Below, piece by piece: positions 43,801-56,719 of a DNA stretch of 64,000 bases. The stretch is from assembly GCA_951406725.2 (NCBI GenBank), contig OX597842.1, positions 24,800,001-24,864,000 of the forward strand. Reading direction: 5' to 3'. The first letter of the stretch is position 1, and each line of letters opens with the position of its first letter. A model generated the notes under the pieces. The model made no database searches, had not been told where the DNA came from, and saw only the letters and a program-made list of their open reading frames with translations. The DNA comes from Octopus vulgaris (taxonomy: Eukaryota). The position numbers were made by a program, and so were the translations under genes.

Positions 43801-44581
43801 TAAGAAAAAAGATACCCTTCACCCCACAATGACGTCTATTGAGGTAAAAAACATTCTGTGCCGTATGAATATGTCCCTCGTTTAAGAAACAGATTGGGTT
43901 TATTTACATTTGTGAAGAAAAAAGATACCCTTCCTCCCACAATGACGTCTATTGAGGTAAAAAACATTCTGTGCCGTATGAACATGTCCCTCGTTTAAGG
44001 AACAGATTGGGTTTATTTACATTTGTGAAGAAAAAAGATACCCTTCCTCCCACAATGACGTCTATTGAGGTAAAAAACATTCTGTACCGTATGAATATGT
44101 CCCTCGTTTAAGGAACAGATTGTTTTTATTTACATTTGTGAAGAAAAAATATACCCTTCCTCCCACAATGACGTCTATTGAGGTAAAAAACATTCTGTAC
44201 CGTATGAATATGTCCCTCGTTTAAAAAACAGATTGGGTTTATTTACATTTGAGAAGAAAAAAAGATACCCTTACCCCCACCCCTAACCCTAAAACAGATT
44301 GAAATGCAATAGATCGATACTAGGGTCATAATTATGGGTGACAATTTCATATGACACTGCTAGAAAAAAACTGCCTTTTTCTTTACTACCCACAAGGGGC
44401 TAAACACAGAGGGGACAAACAAGTACAGACAAAGGGATTAAATCGATTACATCGACCCCAGTGCGTAACCGGTACTTAATTTATCGATCCCGAAAGGATG
44501 AAAGGCAAAGTCGACCTCGGCGGAATTTGAACTCAGAACGTAGCGCTAGAAAAAAAACTGTCGTTCAAACCGAAAAGATCC
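40818..44581. mobile_element. GGATC-TIR MITE expanded by an internal satellite; SINE B fragment at 44376-44544
   Basis: TIRs GAATCTTTTCGGTTTGACC.. and ..GTTCAAACCGAAAAGATCC; the body is the reverse complement of 7815-8385. Confidence 0.9.
41003..44280. repeat. Satellite of about 29 near-identical 113-bp units
   Basis: AATGACGTCTATTGAGG starts at 41116, 41229, 41342 ... 44167 (27 x 113 apart), plus a first unit at about 41001. Confidence 0.95.
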
Positions 44582-44699
44582 GAAAATTAAATATTCAGCG
44601 AAAAGATCCGAAGATTAAATATTCAGAGGGAGAGAGTGGGAATTTAAGAATAAAGAGAGGCGGAATTAAAAAGAGAGAAAGATAAAGCATAAAAAGAGA

Positions 44700-46090
44700 G
44701 GGTGAGAATTAAAGCTAATTGATAAAAAGAGAGAGTGAGAGGGGGAGAGAAAGAAAAAGGAAAAGGGGGGGAGAGGGACAAGGGGAGAAGTGAGAGGCAG
44801 ATAGTTTCAAAAGAGTAGAAGTAAAGTTAAGAACGAAAGGGTTAAAGAGAGAGCGAGAGAGGGAGCGAAAGAAAAGGTGAAAGGAAGGAGAGGGAAGAAG
44901 TGAGAGGCAGATAGTTTCAAAAGAGTAGAAGTAAAGTTAAAAACGAAAGAGTTAAAGAGAGAGTGAGAGAGGGGTGAAAGTAAAGGAAAAAGGAGGGAGA
45001 AGGAGAAGGGGGAGAAGTGAGAGGCAGATAGTTTCAAAAGAGTAGAAGTAAAGTTAAGAAAGAAAGGGTTAAAGAGAAAGAGAGCGAAAGAAGAGGGGAA
45101 AAGAGGGAGAGGGAAAAGGGAAGAAGTGAGAGGCAGATAGTTTCAAAAGAGTAGAAGTAAAGTTAAGAAAGAAAGGGAGAAAAGTTGAGGTATGAAAAGC
45201 AGAAGAAAGAGATAGGGGAGATTAAGCATAAAGAGAGAGGGGTTACAGACGTAAGCAAATAGAGAGGGAAAGTTAAGTTATTTAGAGAGAGAGAGAGAGA
45301 GAGAGAGGAGGGAGTTAAGATTATGAAGACAGAGAGAGAGAGTAAGCGTAGAGAGGAGGAATGCTCAGATATATGAAAGGGGGAGAGTGAGGAGAGTGAG
45401 AGAGGGAGCGAAAGAAAAGGAAAAAGGAGGGAAAAGGGAAAGGGTAGAAGTGAGAGGCAGATAGTTTGAAGAGAGTAGAAGTAAAGTTAAGAACGAAAGG
45501 GTTAAAGAGAGAGTGAGAGAGGGAGCGAAAGAAAAGGAGAAAGGAGGGAGAGGGAAGAAGTGAGAGGCAGATAGTTTCAAAAGATTAAAGAGAGAAAGAG
45601 AGAGTGAGAGAGGGAGCGAAAGAAAAGGAAAAAGGAGGGAGAGGGAAAAGGGGAGAAGTTAGAGGCATATAGTTTTAAAAGATTAAAGTTAAGAACGAAA
45701 GGGTTAAAGAGAGAGTGAGAGAGGGAGCGAAAGAAAAGGAGGGAGAGGGAAAAGGGTGAGGGAAGAAGTGAGAGGCAGATAGTTTCAAAGGGTTAAAGAG
45801 AGAGTGAGAGAGCGAAAGAAAAGGATAAAGGAGGGAAAGGGAAGTGAGAGGCAGATAGTTTCAAAGGGTTAAAGAGAGAGTGAGAGAGGAAGCGAAAGAA
45901 AAGGTGAAAGGAGGGAGAGGGAAAAGGGTGAGAGAAGAAGTGAGAGGCAGATAGTTTCATAAGAGTAGAAGTAAAGTTAAGAACGAAAGGGTGAAAGAAG
46001 CAAAAGGAGGCGAGGAAAGAGGAAAGTGAAGGGGAGGACAGAGAGCTGTAAAGAGGCGGGAAACCCAGAAAGGCAAACGTAGAAGAAGCA
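44700..46090. repeat. GA-rich minisatellite (GAAGTGAGAGGCAGATAGTTTCAAA core)
   Basis: The core repeats about 10 times with variable purine spacers. Confidence 0.85.
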
Positions 46091-46785
46091 ATCATGGCCA
46101 GATCTGTTTATTCTGTGTTTAACGTTGTTTATGAAATTACAGTTTTGTTTCGGCTAATGTCCTTTAGCTGCTGAGAGAAGCTCCTTCGCCTCTCTGTGTT
46201 ATAATGTCCACTTTGAACGTGTGTGTGCGTGTGAGCGTGCGTGTGTGTGTAATTGTGAGCGTGCGTATGTGTGAGTGAGTGCGTGTGTGTATGTGTGAGC
46301 GTGCGTGTGTGTGTGTGTGAGCGTGCGTGTGTGTGTGAGCGTGCGTATGTGTGTGTGTGTGTGTATGAGCGTGCGTGTGTGTGTGCGTAAGTGTGAGCGC
46401 GCGTGTATGTGTGTGAGTGTGCGTATGTGTGTGTGTGAGCGTGCGTGTGTATCTATCTAGCTGTGTGCGTGCGTATATATCTTTTATGTTTTGAAGGCGC
46501 GTGGCTTGGTGGGTCAGAGTATTCAATTCACGATCGTTAGGTGGTGAGTTCGATTTCCGGTGGTTCATTGTGGTCTTTATTTCATGTTATTCCCCTCCAC
46601 TCAGTTGATTAAAATGAGTTACACTTATCATTCAAAAGGATCGACCTTGTCACGTTCTGTGTCACGCCGAATCACCCTGAGAACTATGTTAAGGTTAAGG
46701 TTACGCATGGCTGTGAAGTGCTCAGCCACTCGCACGTTAACTTCACAGGCAGACTGTTCTGTTGCTTGAAATAACTGGAACACTT

Positions 46786-47544
46786 GGATCTTTCCCTTTT
46801 GAACGGCAGTTTTCAACACAATTTCTAGTGAACTAAACACTTTAAAACTTCGTATACTGGTAGAATGTGTCAAAATAAAACATTTTTTTCTCTTGGCTTT
46901 CTTGAGAAAATTGTAATTTGTAAGTTTAATGTAGTTTAATTTTTCGAATTTTAACCAATCCTATGGCCTCTTTTGAGCTAAAATCATTTGCTGCGTTTAA
47001 AACTGAGACAACATCCTGTCACTAACCCTAACCCTAACCCTAACCTAACCCTAAATTTTAGCCTTTCGTTTTTTTCTTAATTGTTAAATTAATTTAATTG
47101 TTACGCATGTGTCTAAAATTATTCGTTTTGTTTTTGTTTTGAGTTTTTGCCTTCGTTTTTTTTCTTAATTATTAAATTAAAATTATTTTCCATTGCTTTC
47201 ATTTTAGCCTTTTGTTTTTGTTTTTCTTAATTGTTATCCTTAAATTAATTTAACAATTAAGAAAAAAAAACCCGAAAGGCTAAAATTTAGGGTTAGGGCT
47301 AGGGTTAGTGACAGGATGTTGCCTCAGTTTTAGACGCAGCAAATGATTTTAGCTCAATAGAGGGCATAGGATTGGTTAAAATTCGAAAAGTTAAACTACG
47401 TTAAACTTACAAATTACAATTTTATCAAGAAAGCCAAGAGAAAAAAATGTTTTATTTTGACACATTCTACCAGTATATGAAGTTTAAAAGTGTTTAGTTA
47501 ACTAGAAATTGTGTTGAAAACTGGCGTTCAAAAGGAAAAGATCC
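46786..47544. mobile_element. Palindromic GGATC-TIR MITE inserted in a degraded SINE C
   Basis: TSD GAACACTT / GAACACTC; inverted arms with CCCTAA/TTAGGG blocks. Confidence 0.85.
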
Positions 47545-48117
47545 GAACACTCTTTATTGTAACTGACGGAGAGCCTCTTCTTGGTCTTATATCTTTTACT
47601 TGTTTCAGTTATTGGACTGCAGCCATGATTTGAGTACCGCCTTGGGATCTTTACCTTTTGACCGGCAGATTTAAAAAATAATTTTTTGTAACTAAACACT
47701 TTCAAACTTCGTATACTGGTAGAATGTGTCATGTAAAATATCTTTTACTCTTAGCGTTTGTGAGAAAAGTTTAAATTTACGAAGTTATTTCGTTTTAAAG
47801 CTGTCGTATTTCGGTAATTTCAACCAATCAATGGCGTTGTATTCAGCTGAATAAAATTACCGCGGACATTTTTCTTTGGAAATTTTTGCCTGCCACATTA
47901 AAAAGATACCCCCCTACCACCTCTGTTTTAGTCAAATGTATCGACCCCAGTATTTTTTTGAAAGCCTGGTACTTATTCCAATAGTGTCTTTTTGCCGAAC
48001 ATAAACAAACCAATACCAGTTGTCAAGTGGTGGTGGTGGGGAACACAAACACAAAGATACACACACATATTATTATATATATATATATATATATATAGTG
48101 GCGTACGTACACGTTGT

Positions 48118-48165
<48 letters not shown>

Positions 48166-48504
48166 AATACATATATATATATTTCTTTATTGCCCACAAG
48201 GGTCCAAACATAGAGGAGACAAACAAGGACAGACAAAGGGATTAAGTCGATTACATTGACCTCAGTGTGTAACTGGTACTTAATTTATCGACCCTGAAAG
48301 GATGAAAGGCAAAGTGTGTGTGTGTGTATGTGTATATAATAACGCACATAGTCAATTTACTATTTATCGTTTATGTACTTTATTGATTTTTAGAATAATG
48401 TTTTTTATAGTATATTTAATTTTTTGTATATGGTGTGAATAACATTTTTCACTATTGAATTGCTTAATAGAGGTTTTTCTCTAAATTATATACACACATA
48501 CACA

Positions 48505-49560
48505 TATTATCATAATCATCATCGTTTAACACCTGCTTTCCATGCTGGTATGGGTTGGATGGTTTGACTGAGAACTGGCACGCCAAGAGGCTGCACCAGG
48601 CTCCAGTCTTGATCTGGCAGAGTTTCTACAGCTGGATGCCCTTCCTAACACCAACCACTCCGAGAGTGTAGTAGGTGCTTTTTACATACCACTGGCACAG
48701 GTGCCAGTCAGGCGGCACTGGCATTGGCCATGTTTGAATGGTACTTTTTATAGCCACTGACATGGGTGCTAGTCAGGCAGCACTGGCATTGGCCACACTC
48801 GAATGGTACTTTTTACCATGTAGATGATGGAAGATATCAACTATTTGTAGCTTTTTTCTCCTGACATGTGATGGAATCTGTTTTCTGTATATTTTCAGTG
48901 TTTATGGCATCTGTGCATCTTCCACACACAAAAACTATCTTCCCAGTTAACCATCCTTTGAAATTGCTGCACCTCTTATATGTCCATAGCTTACACCGGG
49001 TACATCTTATGGAGTTTCTACCTACACCATTTCTACAGATCGAGCAGGGCCATCTGCCTGAAGAGATTTGTGATTTGTCTGCCTACCTACTTACTAAGAC
49101 TTTGGTTTTTGTTAGGTTAACTCTAAAGCCCTTCAATTCTAGACCTTGCTTCCATGCCTGGAACTTCTCTACTTCTGGTAAGTGACTCAGCTATCAGAGC
49201 AGCATAGGAGAGCTCCCAGGAGCATCCTGTCTTGAATTCCTCAGTTATTGCCTCGAGGACAATGATGAACAAGAGGGGAATAAGGACTGATCCTTGGTGA
49301 ACCCCTATTTCTACCTGGAATTCTTTGCTATACTTGTTGCCAACCACCTAACTGATAGTATCTCTGTACATGGCTTGTACATCTCTCACCAACCACTCAT
49401 CTATCCCTAATTTCCGCATTAATCACTAGATAAGGGATTGGGGGAACCCTGTCAAATGCTTTCTTCATGTCAACAAAAGGGGTATATCTTTGGTGGTGAA
49501 TTTCTCCTGTAGCTGTCTTACCACAAATATAGCATCAGTGGTGCTTCTCCCTGACATGTT
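48505..49560 (-). mobile_element. RTE-clade LINE, degenerate RT with internal deletions, plus 3' tail
   Basis: VGNKYSKEFQVEIGVHQGSVLIPLLFIIVLEAITEEFKTGCSWEL (RT motif QGSVL.PLLF), Cys-rich segment GRNSIRCTRCKLW, and a 3' UTR like 688-1100. Confidence 0.85.
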
Positions 49561-49729
49561 GTTCAAAGGCAAGCTGATCACATTCTGAAAATTCTCTTGT
49601 ATGGCCAACAAATAGAGGGATTCCACAGTAAAGAAAGACCCCTTTCCTTAGGTATAAGGATGGGTTGAAAATAATGAAGAATTTCATGGAGTAACTTTCT
49701 CATCTGGTGTTTGGAAGATAAATTAACAT

Positions 49730-50120
49730 AGGTGCAGGAGTGGCTGTGTGGTAAGTAGCTTGCTTATGAACCACATGGTTCCTGGTTCAGTCCCACTGCA
49801 TGCCATCTTGGGCTAGTGTCTTCTACTATAGCTTTGGGCCAACCAAAGCCTTGTGAATGGATTTGGTAGATGGAAACTGAAAGAAGCTCGTCGTTTGTAT
49901 GTATCTATATGTGTGTGTGTTTGTGTTTGTCCCTGCAACATTGCTTGACAACTGATGCTGGTATGTTTATGTCCCCATAACTTAGCAGTTCGGCAAATGA
50001 GACCGATAGAGTAAGTACTAGGCTTACAAAGAATAAGTCCAGGGGTCGATTTTCTCGACTAAAGGCAGTGCTCCAGCATAGCCGCAGTCAAATGACTTAA
50101 ACAAGTAAAAGAGTAAGAGT
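49730..50120 (+). mobile_element. SINE A
   Basis: Match to the family. Confidence 0.9.
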
Positions 50121-50156
50121 ATAAAATTTTTGCAGAAGGTTTTATTTAGATCACTT

Positions 50157-50976
50157 TAACCCTTTAGTTACCATATTTTCTGTTGAAATACACTGGCTTT
50201 GTTTCAATAGGTTTGAAAATAAAGAGTTTAGTAGAATAACTTTATCAGTATTAAGTTGGTGTTTACCCCTTTGGTTACCAACCTGGCTGAAACCGTTTCT
50301 GGCTCTGTAGTACAAATGTCTTGTTTTCGTAAGTATTGAATTAAAATCTTCCACCAAACCTTAGTCACAATTTCTGTTCCTAACACTAGTTGAATGGTAA
50401 CTAAGTCATTTTACTAAATTCTTTGTTATATTTAAAATTAATTGAAGAAACAAGGAGCATCTTGACAGAAATATGGTATCAAAAAGTCAGCATGATATTT
50501 TTAACTCTTTTGTTACCAACCCTTCTGAAACCGGCTCTGGCTGTGTAGGACAAATGTCTTGTTTTCATAAGTTTTGAATTAGAATCTTCCACCAAACCTT
50601 AGTCATAATTTATGTTCCTAACAATAGTTTAATGATAACTAAGTAATTTTACTAAATTTTTTTATTATATTTAAAATTAATTGAAAGAAACTCAGAGCAT
50701 CTCAAAATAAATACGGTAACAAAAGGGTTAAAGTCACCATGATATTTTTAACCCTTTTGATATAAATCTGGCTGAAACCGGCTCTGGCTCTGAGTACAAA
50801 TGTCTTGTTTTCATAAGTTTTTAATAAAAATCTTCCACCAAACCTTAGTCGCAATTTATGTTCCTAACACTAGCTGAATGATAACTAAGTTATTTCACTA
50901 AATTCTTTGTTATATTTAAAATTAATTGAAAGAAACACAGAGCATTTCAAAATAAATATGGTAACGGAAGGGCTAA
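50157..50976. mobile_element. Three tandem piggyBac-like MITEs (about 230-245 bp each)
   Basis: TTAACCCTTT..GTTACC .. GGTAAC..AAAGGGTTAA ends; shared body GAAACCGGCTCTGGCTCTG. Confidence 0.75.
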
Positions 50977-51310
50977 GGCGGCGAGCTGGCAGAATCGTTA
51001 GCACGCTGGGTGAAATGCTTAGCAGTATTTTATCTGCTGCTATGTTCTGAGTTCAAGTTCCGCTGAGGTCAATTTTGCCTTTCATCCTTTCACGGTCGGT
51101 TAAATAAGTACCAGTTACGCACTGAGGTCGATGTAATTGACTTAATCCTTTCCTCCAAATTTGAGGCCTTGTACTTCCAGTAGAAAGAATTATTGAGTTG
51201 GTGTTTCAAAGATAAATTATCATGAAATTTTAATGAAAGGGTTTAATTTAGATAACTTTAACCCTTTATCTACCATATTCCTGATGAAATTTATTTTGAA
51301 AATTATGAAC

Positions 51311-51476
51311 AGGCGCCGGAGTGGCTGTGTGGTAAGTAGCTTGTTTACCAACCACATGGTTCCGGGTTCAGTCCCTCTGCGTGGCACCTTGGGCAAGTGT
51401 CTTCTACTATAGCCTCGGGCCGACCAAAGCCTTGTGAGTGGATTTGGTAGACGGAAACTGAAAGAAGCCCGTCGTA

Positions 51477-51537
<61 letters not shown>

Positions 51538-51750
51538 TTGTGTGTCTGTGTTTGTCCCCCTAGCATTGCTTGACAACCGATGCTGGTGTGTTTATGTCCC
51601 CGTTATTTAGCGGTTCGGCAAAAGAGACCAATAGAATAAGTACTGGGCTTACAAAAGAATAAGTGCCAGGGTCGAGTTGCTCGATTAAAGGCGGTGCTCC
51701 AGCATGGCCACAGTCAAATGACTGAAACAAATAAAAGAGTAAAAGAGAGT
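51311..51750 (+). mobile_element. SINE A, full length
   Basis: Match to the family. Confidence 0.9.
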
Positions 51751-51874
51751 AACAATTTATTGAATAACTTATAATTATTTAGCTGATGTTCAGAACATTA
51801 ATTAACAGAAAATTTTGATGAAAAGTTTTAATTTATATCTCATTAACTCTTGTTTTTATATTCCTCATGAGATA

Positions 51875-52452
51875 CTCTTTTACTTGTTTCAGTCATTTGA
51901 CTGCGGCCATGCTGGAGCACCGCCTTTAGTCGAGCAAATCGACCCCAGAACTTATTCTATCGGTCTCTTTTGCCAAACCGCTAAGTTATAGGGACGTAAA
52001 CACACCAGCATCGGTTGTCAAGCGATGCTGGGGGGTCAAACAGAGACACACAAACATATACACACACATACATATATATACATATATACAACGGGCTTCT
52101 TTCAGTTTCCGTTTACCAAATCCACTCACAAGGCTTTGGTCAGCCCGAGGCTATAGTAGAAGACACTTGCCCAAGGTGCCACGCAGTGGGACTGAACCTA
52201 GAACCATGTGGTTGTCAAGCGATGCTAGGGGGACAAACACAGACACACAAACATATACACACACACATATATACATATACATACATACAACGGGCTTCTT
52301 TCAGTTTCCATCTATCAAATCCACTCACAAGGCTTTGGTCAGCCCGAGGCTATAGTAGAAGACACTTGGCGAAGGTGCCACGCAGTGGAACTGAACCTAG
52401 AACCATGTGGTTTGTAAGCAAGCTACTTACCACACAGCCACTCCTACGCCTA
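51875..52452 (-). mobile_element. SINE A with duplicated 5' half, tail-to-tail with the previous copy
   Basis: Internal duplication 52013-52212 / 52210-52412. Confidence 0.85.
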
Positions 52453-53584
52453 TTATTAACTTTTTTATCATTTCACAGTTAAAAGCTTATACAGTCCACT
52501 TTTAGAGTAAAATTTATAAACCATCATTCATGTTAAATTAGTTTTGTAATGACACCTCACACACCACTTAGGTAGGTGATAGGCACAACAACTGCTTATA
52601 AGAGTGACGTGGGGGTACTATAAATTGGACATGGGCGATCGTTGTATTCTTTCTTGTCTTGAGGTTCACAGCCAAATGGCTGGGTGGATTCGCGTGAAAA
52701 ATGGCACACATATGGAGACGGGTGCATAGATTTCCATTTTTTCTTAGCCCCCATACTTACCGAGAAAATTGATTAAAACTTTTACTAATGGAATTCCCCT
52801 GTTTGTTCCACCATTAAAACAACCAGTTGCTCACACAGCCGGCATATACCATTTCACTAGCAGCAAGGGGAGTACAGGATGACAGTCAGCCAAAACTTTC
52901 GCTCTCTTCTTTCACATCTTTGTGGGGTTAATACCCTTAATCTTTAGTTACAGTTTCTCATTCAAACTACATAATAGGCAGAACTTCGGATTAAGACAGT
53001 AGGGTGTTTTGAGAGAGATTTGGCTGCTATTTCTACCAGGTGTAGCTATTATGTACTGGTCTGAACTTAATTTTCATTTACATATGCCTAACCTAAAATG
53101 ATCATAGCCACATCATCCAAACTGGGCTTAGCTGCTAGTTACTTATAAGGAGAGCACTAGGCATAACAACTACTTAAAAGGGAGTGTAGGCAATACAAAA
53201 AAAGGGGTGATTAAGACCAAATGAATGAAGCCATTAGAAGGGTGGGAGGGAGCATTTAGGAAAAAGTCAAAATTGAAGGGATGCTTTGTTTGAAAAAAGC
53301 CCACAGGAAAAAAGGGTGGGGGTGGGGGTTAAGATCAACTGAATTAAACCATTAGAAGGGTGGGTGGGATTGTCTAGGTATAAGGCAAATTGGTAGGGGT
53401 GGGTTGTTTGAACAAAACCCTCAGAAAGGGAAGATGATATGAGCTGTAAATCAGGAAGGGGTTAATAACATGTGGTTAGAAGTAAATGTAGGGAGTGATG
53501 AAAAGGGGTGGAGTTGTGGCTGAATTGAGAATTCCAGAATGGACAGTGGATAAGATGAGAGAGAATGGAGCAGGTGTAGGATGC

Positions 53585-54240
53585 TGGTTCAGGGAGTAGG
53601 AGATGATGAGCAAGGCATAGGAGAGGTTAAGAGGGAGATGTAGAGGGGGTACATAAGGGGATAGCTAAATAGTAAACCTTGAATTCTGAGAGAAAAATTT
53701 CTTTTTTTTTCAGTGGTTCAAGAACTTGCTTGGTGATAACAGAAGCTGTATGGCTTAGTGGTTAGGGTATGATGGTTCAGGGAGTAGTGAATGATGAGCA
53801 AGGTGTAGGAGTGGCTGGGAGGGAGATGTAGAGGGGGTACATAAGGGGATAGCTAAATAGTAAGCCTTGAATTCTAAGAGAAAAATTTCTTTTTTCTCAG
53901 TGGTTCAAGAACTTGCTTGGTGATAACAGAGGCTGTGTGGCTCAGTGGTTAGGGTATGATGGTTCAGGGAGTAGGAGATGATGAGCAAGGTGTAGGAGTG
54001 GCTGGGAGGGAGATGTAGAGGGGGTACATAAGGGGATAGCTAAATAGTAAACCTTGAATTCTGAGAGAAAAAGTTCTTTTTTTTGTCAGTGATTCAAGAA
54101 CTTGCTTGGTGATAACAGAGGCTGTGTGGCTTAGTGGTGAGGGTATGATAGTTTGGGGAGTAAGAGATGATGAGCAAGGCATAGGAGAGGTTGAGAGGGA
54201 GATGTAGCTAAATAGTAAACCTTGTATTCTGAGAAAAAAA
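53585..54240. repeat. Tandem repeat of about 188 bp, 3.5 copies
   Basis: GGTTCAGGGAGTAG starts at about 53585, 53774 and 53961, with a degenerate copy at about 54150. Confidence 0.85.
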
Positions 54241-54635
54241 ATTCTCCCATCGCAGTTCACCCATCATGCACTCACTACATTGCAGTCCACCTATCTTGCA
54301 CTCAGTAAATTGCGGTTCACCCATCGAGGTTCACCTATCGTGCACTCAATACACTGTGGATTTTTCTGGCTAATATATATAAATTTATATCGTGGACTCC
54401 TCAGTATATGTCAGGATTCTGCGGCCGATGGGCATTTATATTTTTTCAGATTTGAATTATTTTTATGGGAGGTTTTGGAATGTAACACCTGCGATAGTCG
54501 AGGGACCACTGTATATCAAAGGATCAAAGGTCCATCCGGGGTCAGTGACTCATAATGCTAGCTTCCCACATTCTGTTGCATATATACTCCCCCACTCGAC
54601 AGAGCTTCTTCAGAAATGCATGTCTCCAATATTAC

Positions 54636-55681
54636 TAGGGTTAGAGTTAGGGTAAGGGTTAGTATTAGGGATAGTTTTAGGGTTAGGGTTAGAGTTAGGG
54701 TAAGGGTTAGTATTAGGGATAGTTTTAGGGTTAGTATTAGGGTTAGGGTTAGAGTTAGGGTAAGGGCTAGTGTTAGGGTTAGTGCTAGGGTTAGAGTTAG
54801 GGTAAAGGTTAGTATTAGGGTTAGTGTTAGGGTTAGTATTAGGGTTAGGGTTATTGTTAGGGTAAGGGCTAGTGTTAGGGTTAGTGCTAGGGTTAGTGTT
54901 TGGGTTAGAGTTAGGGTAAGGGTTAGTATTAGGGTTAGTGTTAGGGTTAGTATTAGGGTTAGGGTTATTGTTAGGGTAAGGGCTAGTGTTAGGGTTAGTG
55001 TTAGGGTTAGTGTTTGGGTTAGAGTTAGGGTTAGGGTTAGTATTAGGGTTAGTGTTAGGGTTAGTATTAGGGTTAGGGTTATTGTTAGGGTAAGGGCTAG
55101 TGTTAGGGTTAGTGCTAGGGTTAGTGTTTGGGTTAGAGTTAGGGTAAGGGTTAGTATTAGGGTTAGTGTTAGGGTTAGGGTTAGAGTTAGGGTAAGGGCT
55201 AGTGTTAGGGTTAGTGCTAGGGTTAGTGTTTGGGTTAGAGTTAGGGTAAGGGTTAGTATTAGGGTTAGTGTTAGGGTTAGTATTAGGGTTAGGGTTATTG
55301 TTAAGGTAAGGGCTAGTGTTAGGGTTAGTGCTAGGGTTAGAGTTAGGGTAAGGGTTAGTATTAGGGTTAGTGTTAGGGTTAGTATTAGGGTTAGGGTTAG
55401 AGTTAGGGTAAGGGTTAGTGTTAGGGCTAGTGTTAGGGTTAGTGTTAGGGTTAGGGCTAGTGTTAGGGTTAGTGCTTGGGTTAGAGTTAGGGTAAGGGTT
55501 AGTTTTAGGGTTAGTGTTAGGTTTAGGGCTAGTGTTAGGGTTAGTGCTTGGGTTAGAGTTAGGGTAAGGGTTAGTATTAGGGTTAGGGTTATTGTTAGGG
55601 TTAGGGTTAGTGTTAGGGTAAGGGTTAGTGTTAGGGTTAGGGTTAGGGTTAGTGTTAGGGTTAGTGTTAATGTTAGGGTTA
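54636..55681 (+). repeat. Interstitial degenerate telomeric (TTAGGG)n array with higher-order period
   Basis: In-phase hexamers TTAGGG/TTAGTG/TTAGTA/TAAGGG/CTAGTG; the variant TTTGGG recurs at 54899, 55013, 55127 (114 bp) and 55229. Confidence 0.9.
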
Positions 55682-55827
55682 AATTGGAGAGGTGTGTTTC
55701 TGAAAACAGCATCCTAGTGACCAAGACAGTAAAAGATATGAGGGTGGGCTGAGATGTTCCCAGGCTGACAATGAAGGAGTGATGCTAGAGCTGTGAAATC
55801 TTGCATGTCTTAAATTTCAACCCTTCT

Positions 55828-56194
55828 TATTACTTCCGCCTTAGCGAAGGTGGAGGTATTGTTTTCAGTTGTGTTTGTTTGTTTGACTGTGGACAAGATA
55901 TCTCAAGAACCGCTGGATGGATTTGGATGAAACTTTCAGGGATGTTTGTTCTGGTTAGTGGTATGAACTGATTAGATTTTGGGATCAATCTGGTACTGGA
56001 AAAGGATTTTGGATTATTTTTCCTGTTTTTTACTTAAATTTTGAGAGTGGTCGGGTTTAATTTTAGTATTCTCGTTTGTGAAAGCAGTCAAGTTTATTTC
56101 AGATATTCCCATTTTAAAAATCATCTCTGGCTAACCGTTGAGGGGACGTTGATGTTGTCTTGGCAGGGGTTTGTGCTCTCTGAGCGCTCTTGTT
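55828..56194 (+). mobile_element. Probable non-autonomous Helentron-associated (HINE/DINE-like) element
   Basis: TTATTACTTCCGCC..GGAGG start, GTTT microsatellite, GATTTGGATGAAACTT, subterminal TTGGCAGGGG and a 3' hairpin GTGCTCTCTGAGCGC. Confidence 0.55.
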
Positions 56195-56719
56195 AATAAC
56201 TGTAGTGATTCTTTCCAGATAAACCCACATCTGATTGTTCAAAGAAGATTTCAAAAGAAACTAGTAGTGACATCTCTTGATAATGAACAAAATTTGGCTT
56301 CGTTTTGTTATCAAGTACCTGCATAAATGACATGGTTGCTACATTGGGCTCCAATCTGATCTGGTAAGGTTTCTACAGCTGGATGCCCTTCCTAATGCCA
56401 ACCACTCTGAGAGTGTAGTGGGTGCTTTTTACGTGCCATTGGCACATGCATATCATCACCATCATTTAACCTATTTCTTTACTACCCTCAAGGGGCTAAA
56501 CACAGAAGGGACAAACAAGGACAGACAAATGGATTTAGTCGATTATATCGACCCCAGTGCGTAACTGGTACTTATTTAATCGACCCCGAAAGGATGAAAG
56601 GCAAAGTCGACCTGGGCGGATTTTGAACTCAGAACGTAGCGGCAGACGAAATACTGCCGAGCATTTCGCCCGGCGTGCTAACGTTTCTGCCAGCTCGCCG
56701 CCTTCTTTTAACGCCATCA

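Noticed and set aside
41003-44280. CRISPR-like regular array
   Set aside because: Units are wholly repeated with no unique spacers, there are no cas genes, and the context is a eukaryotic MITE.
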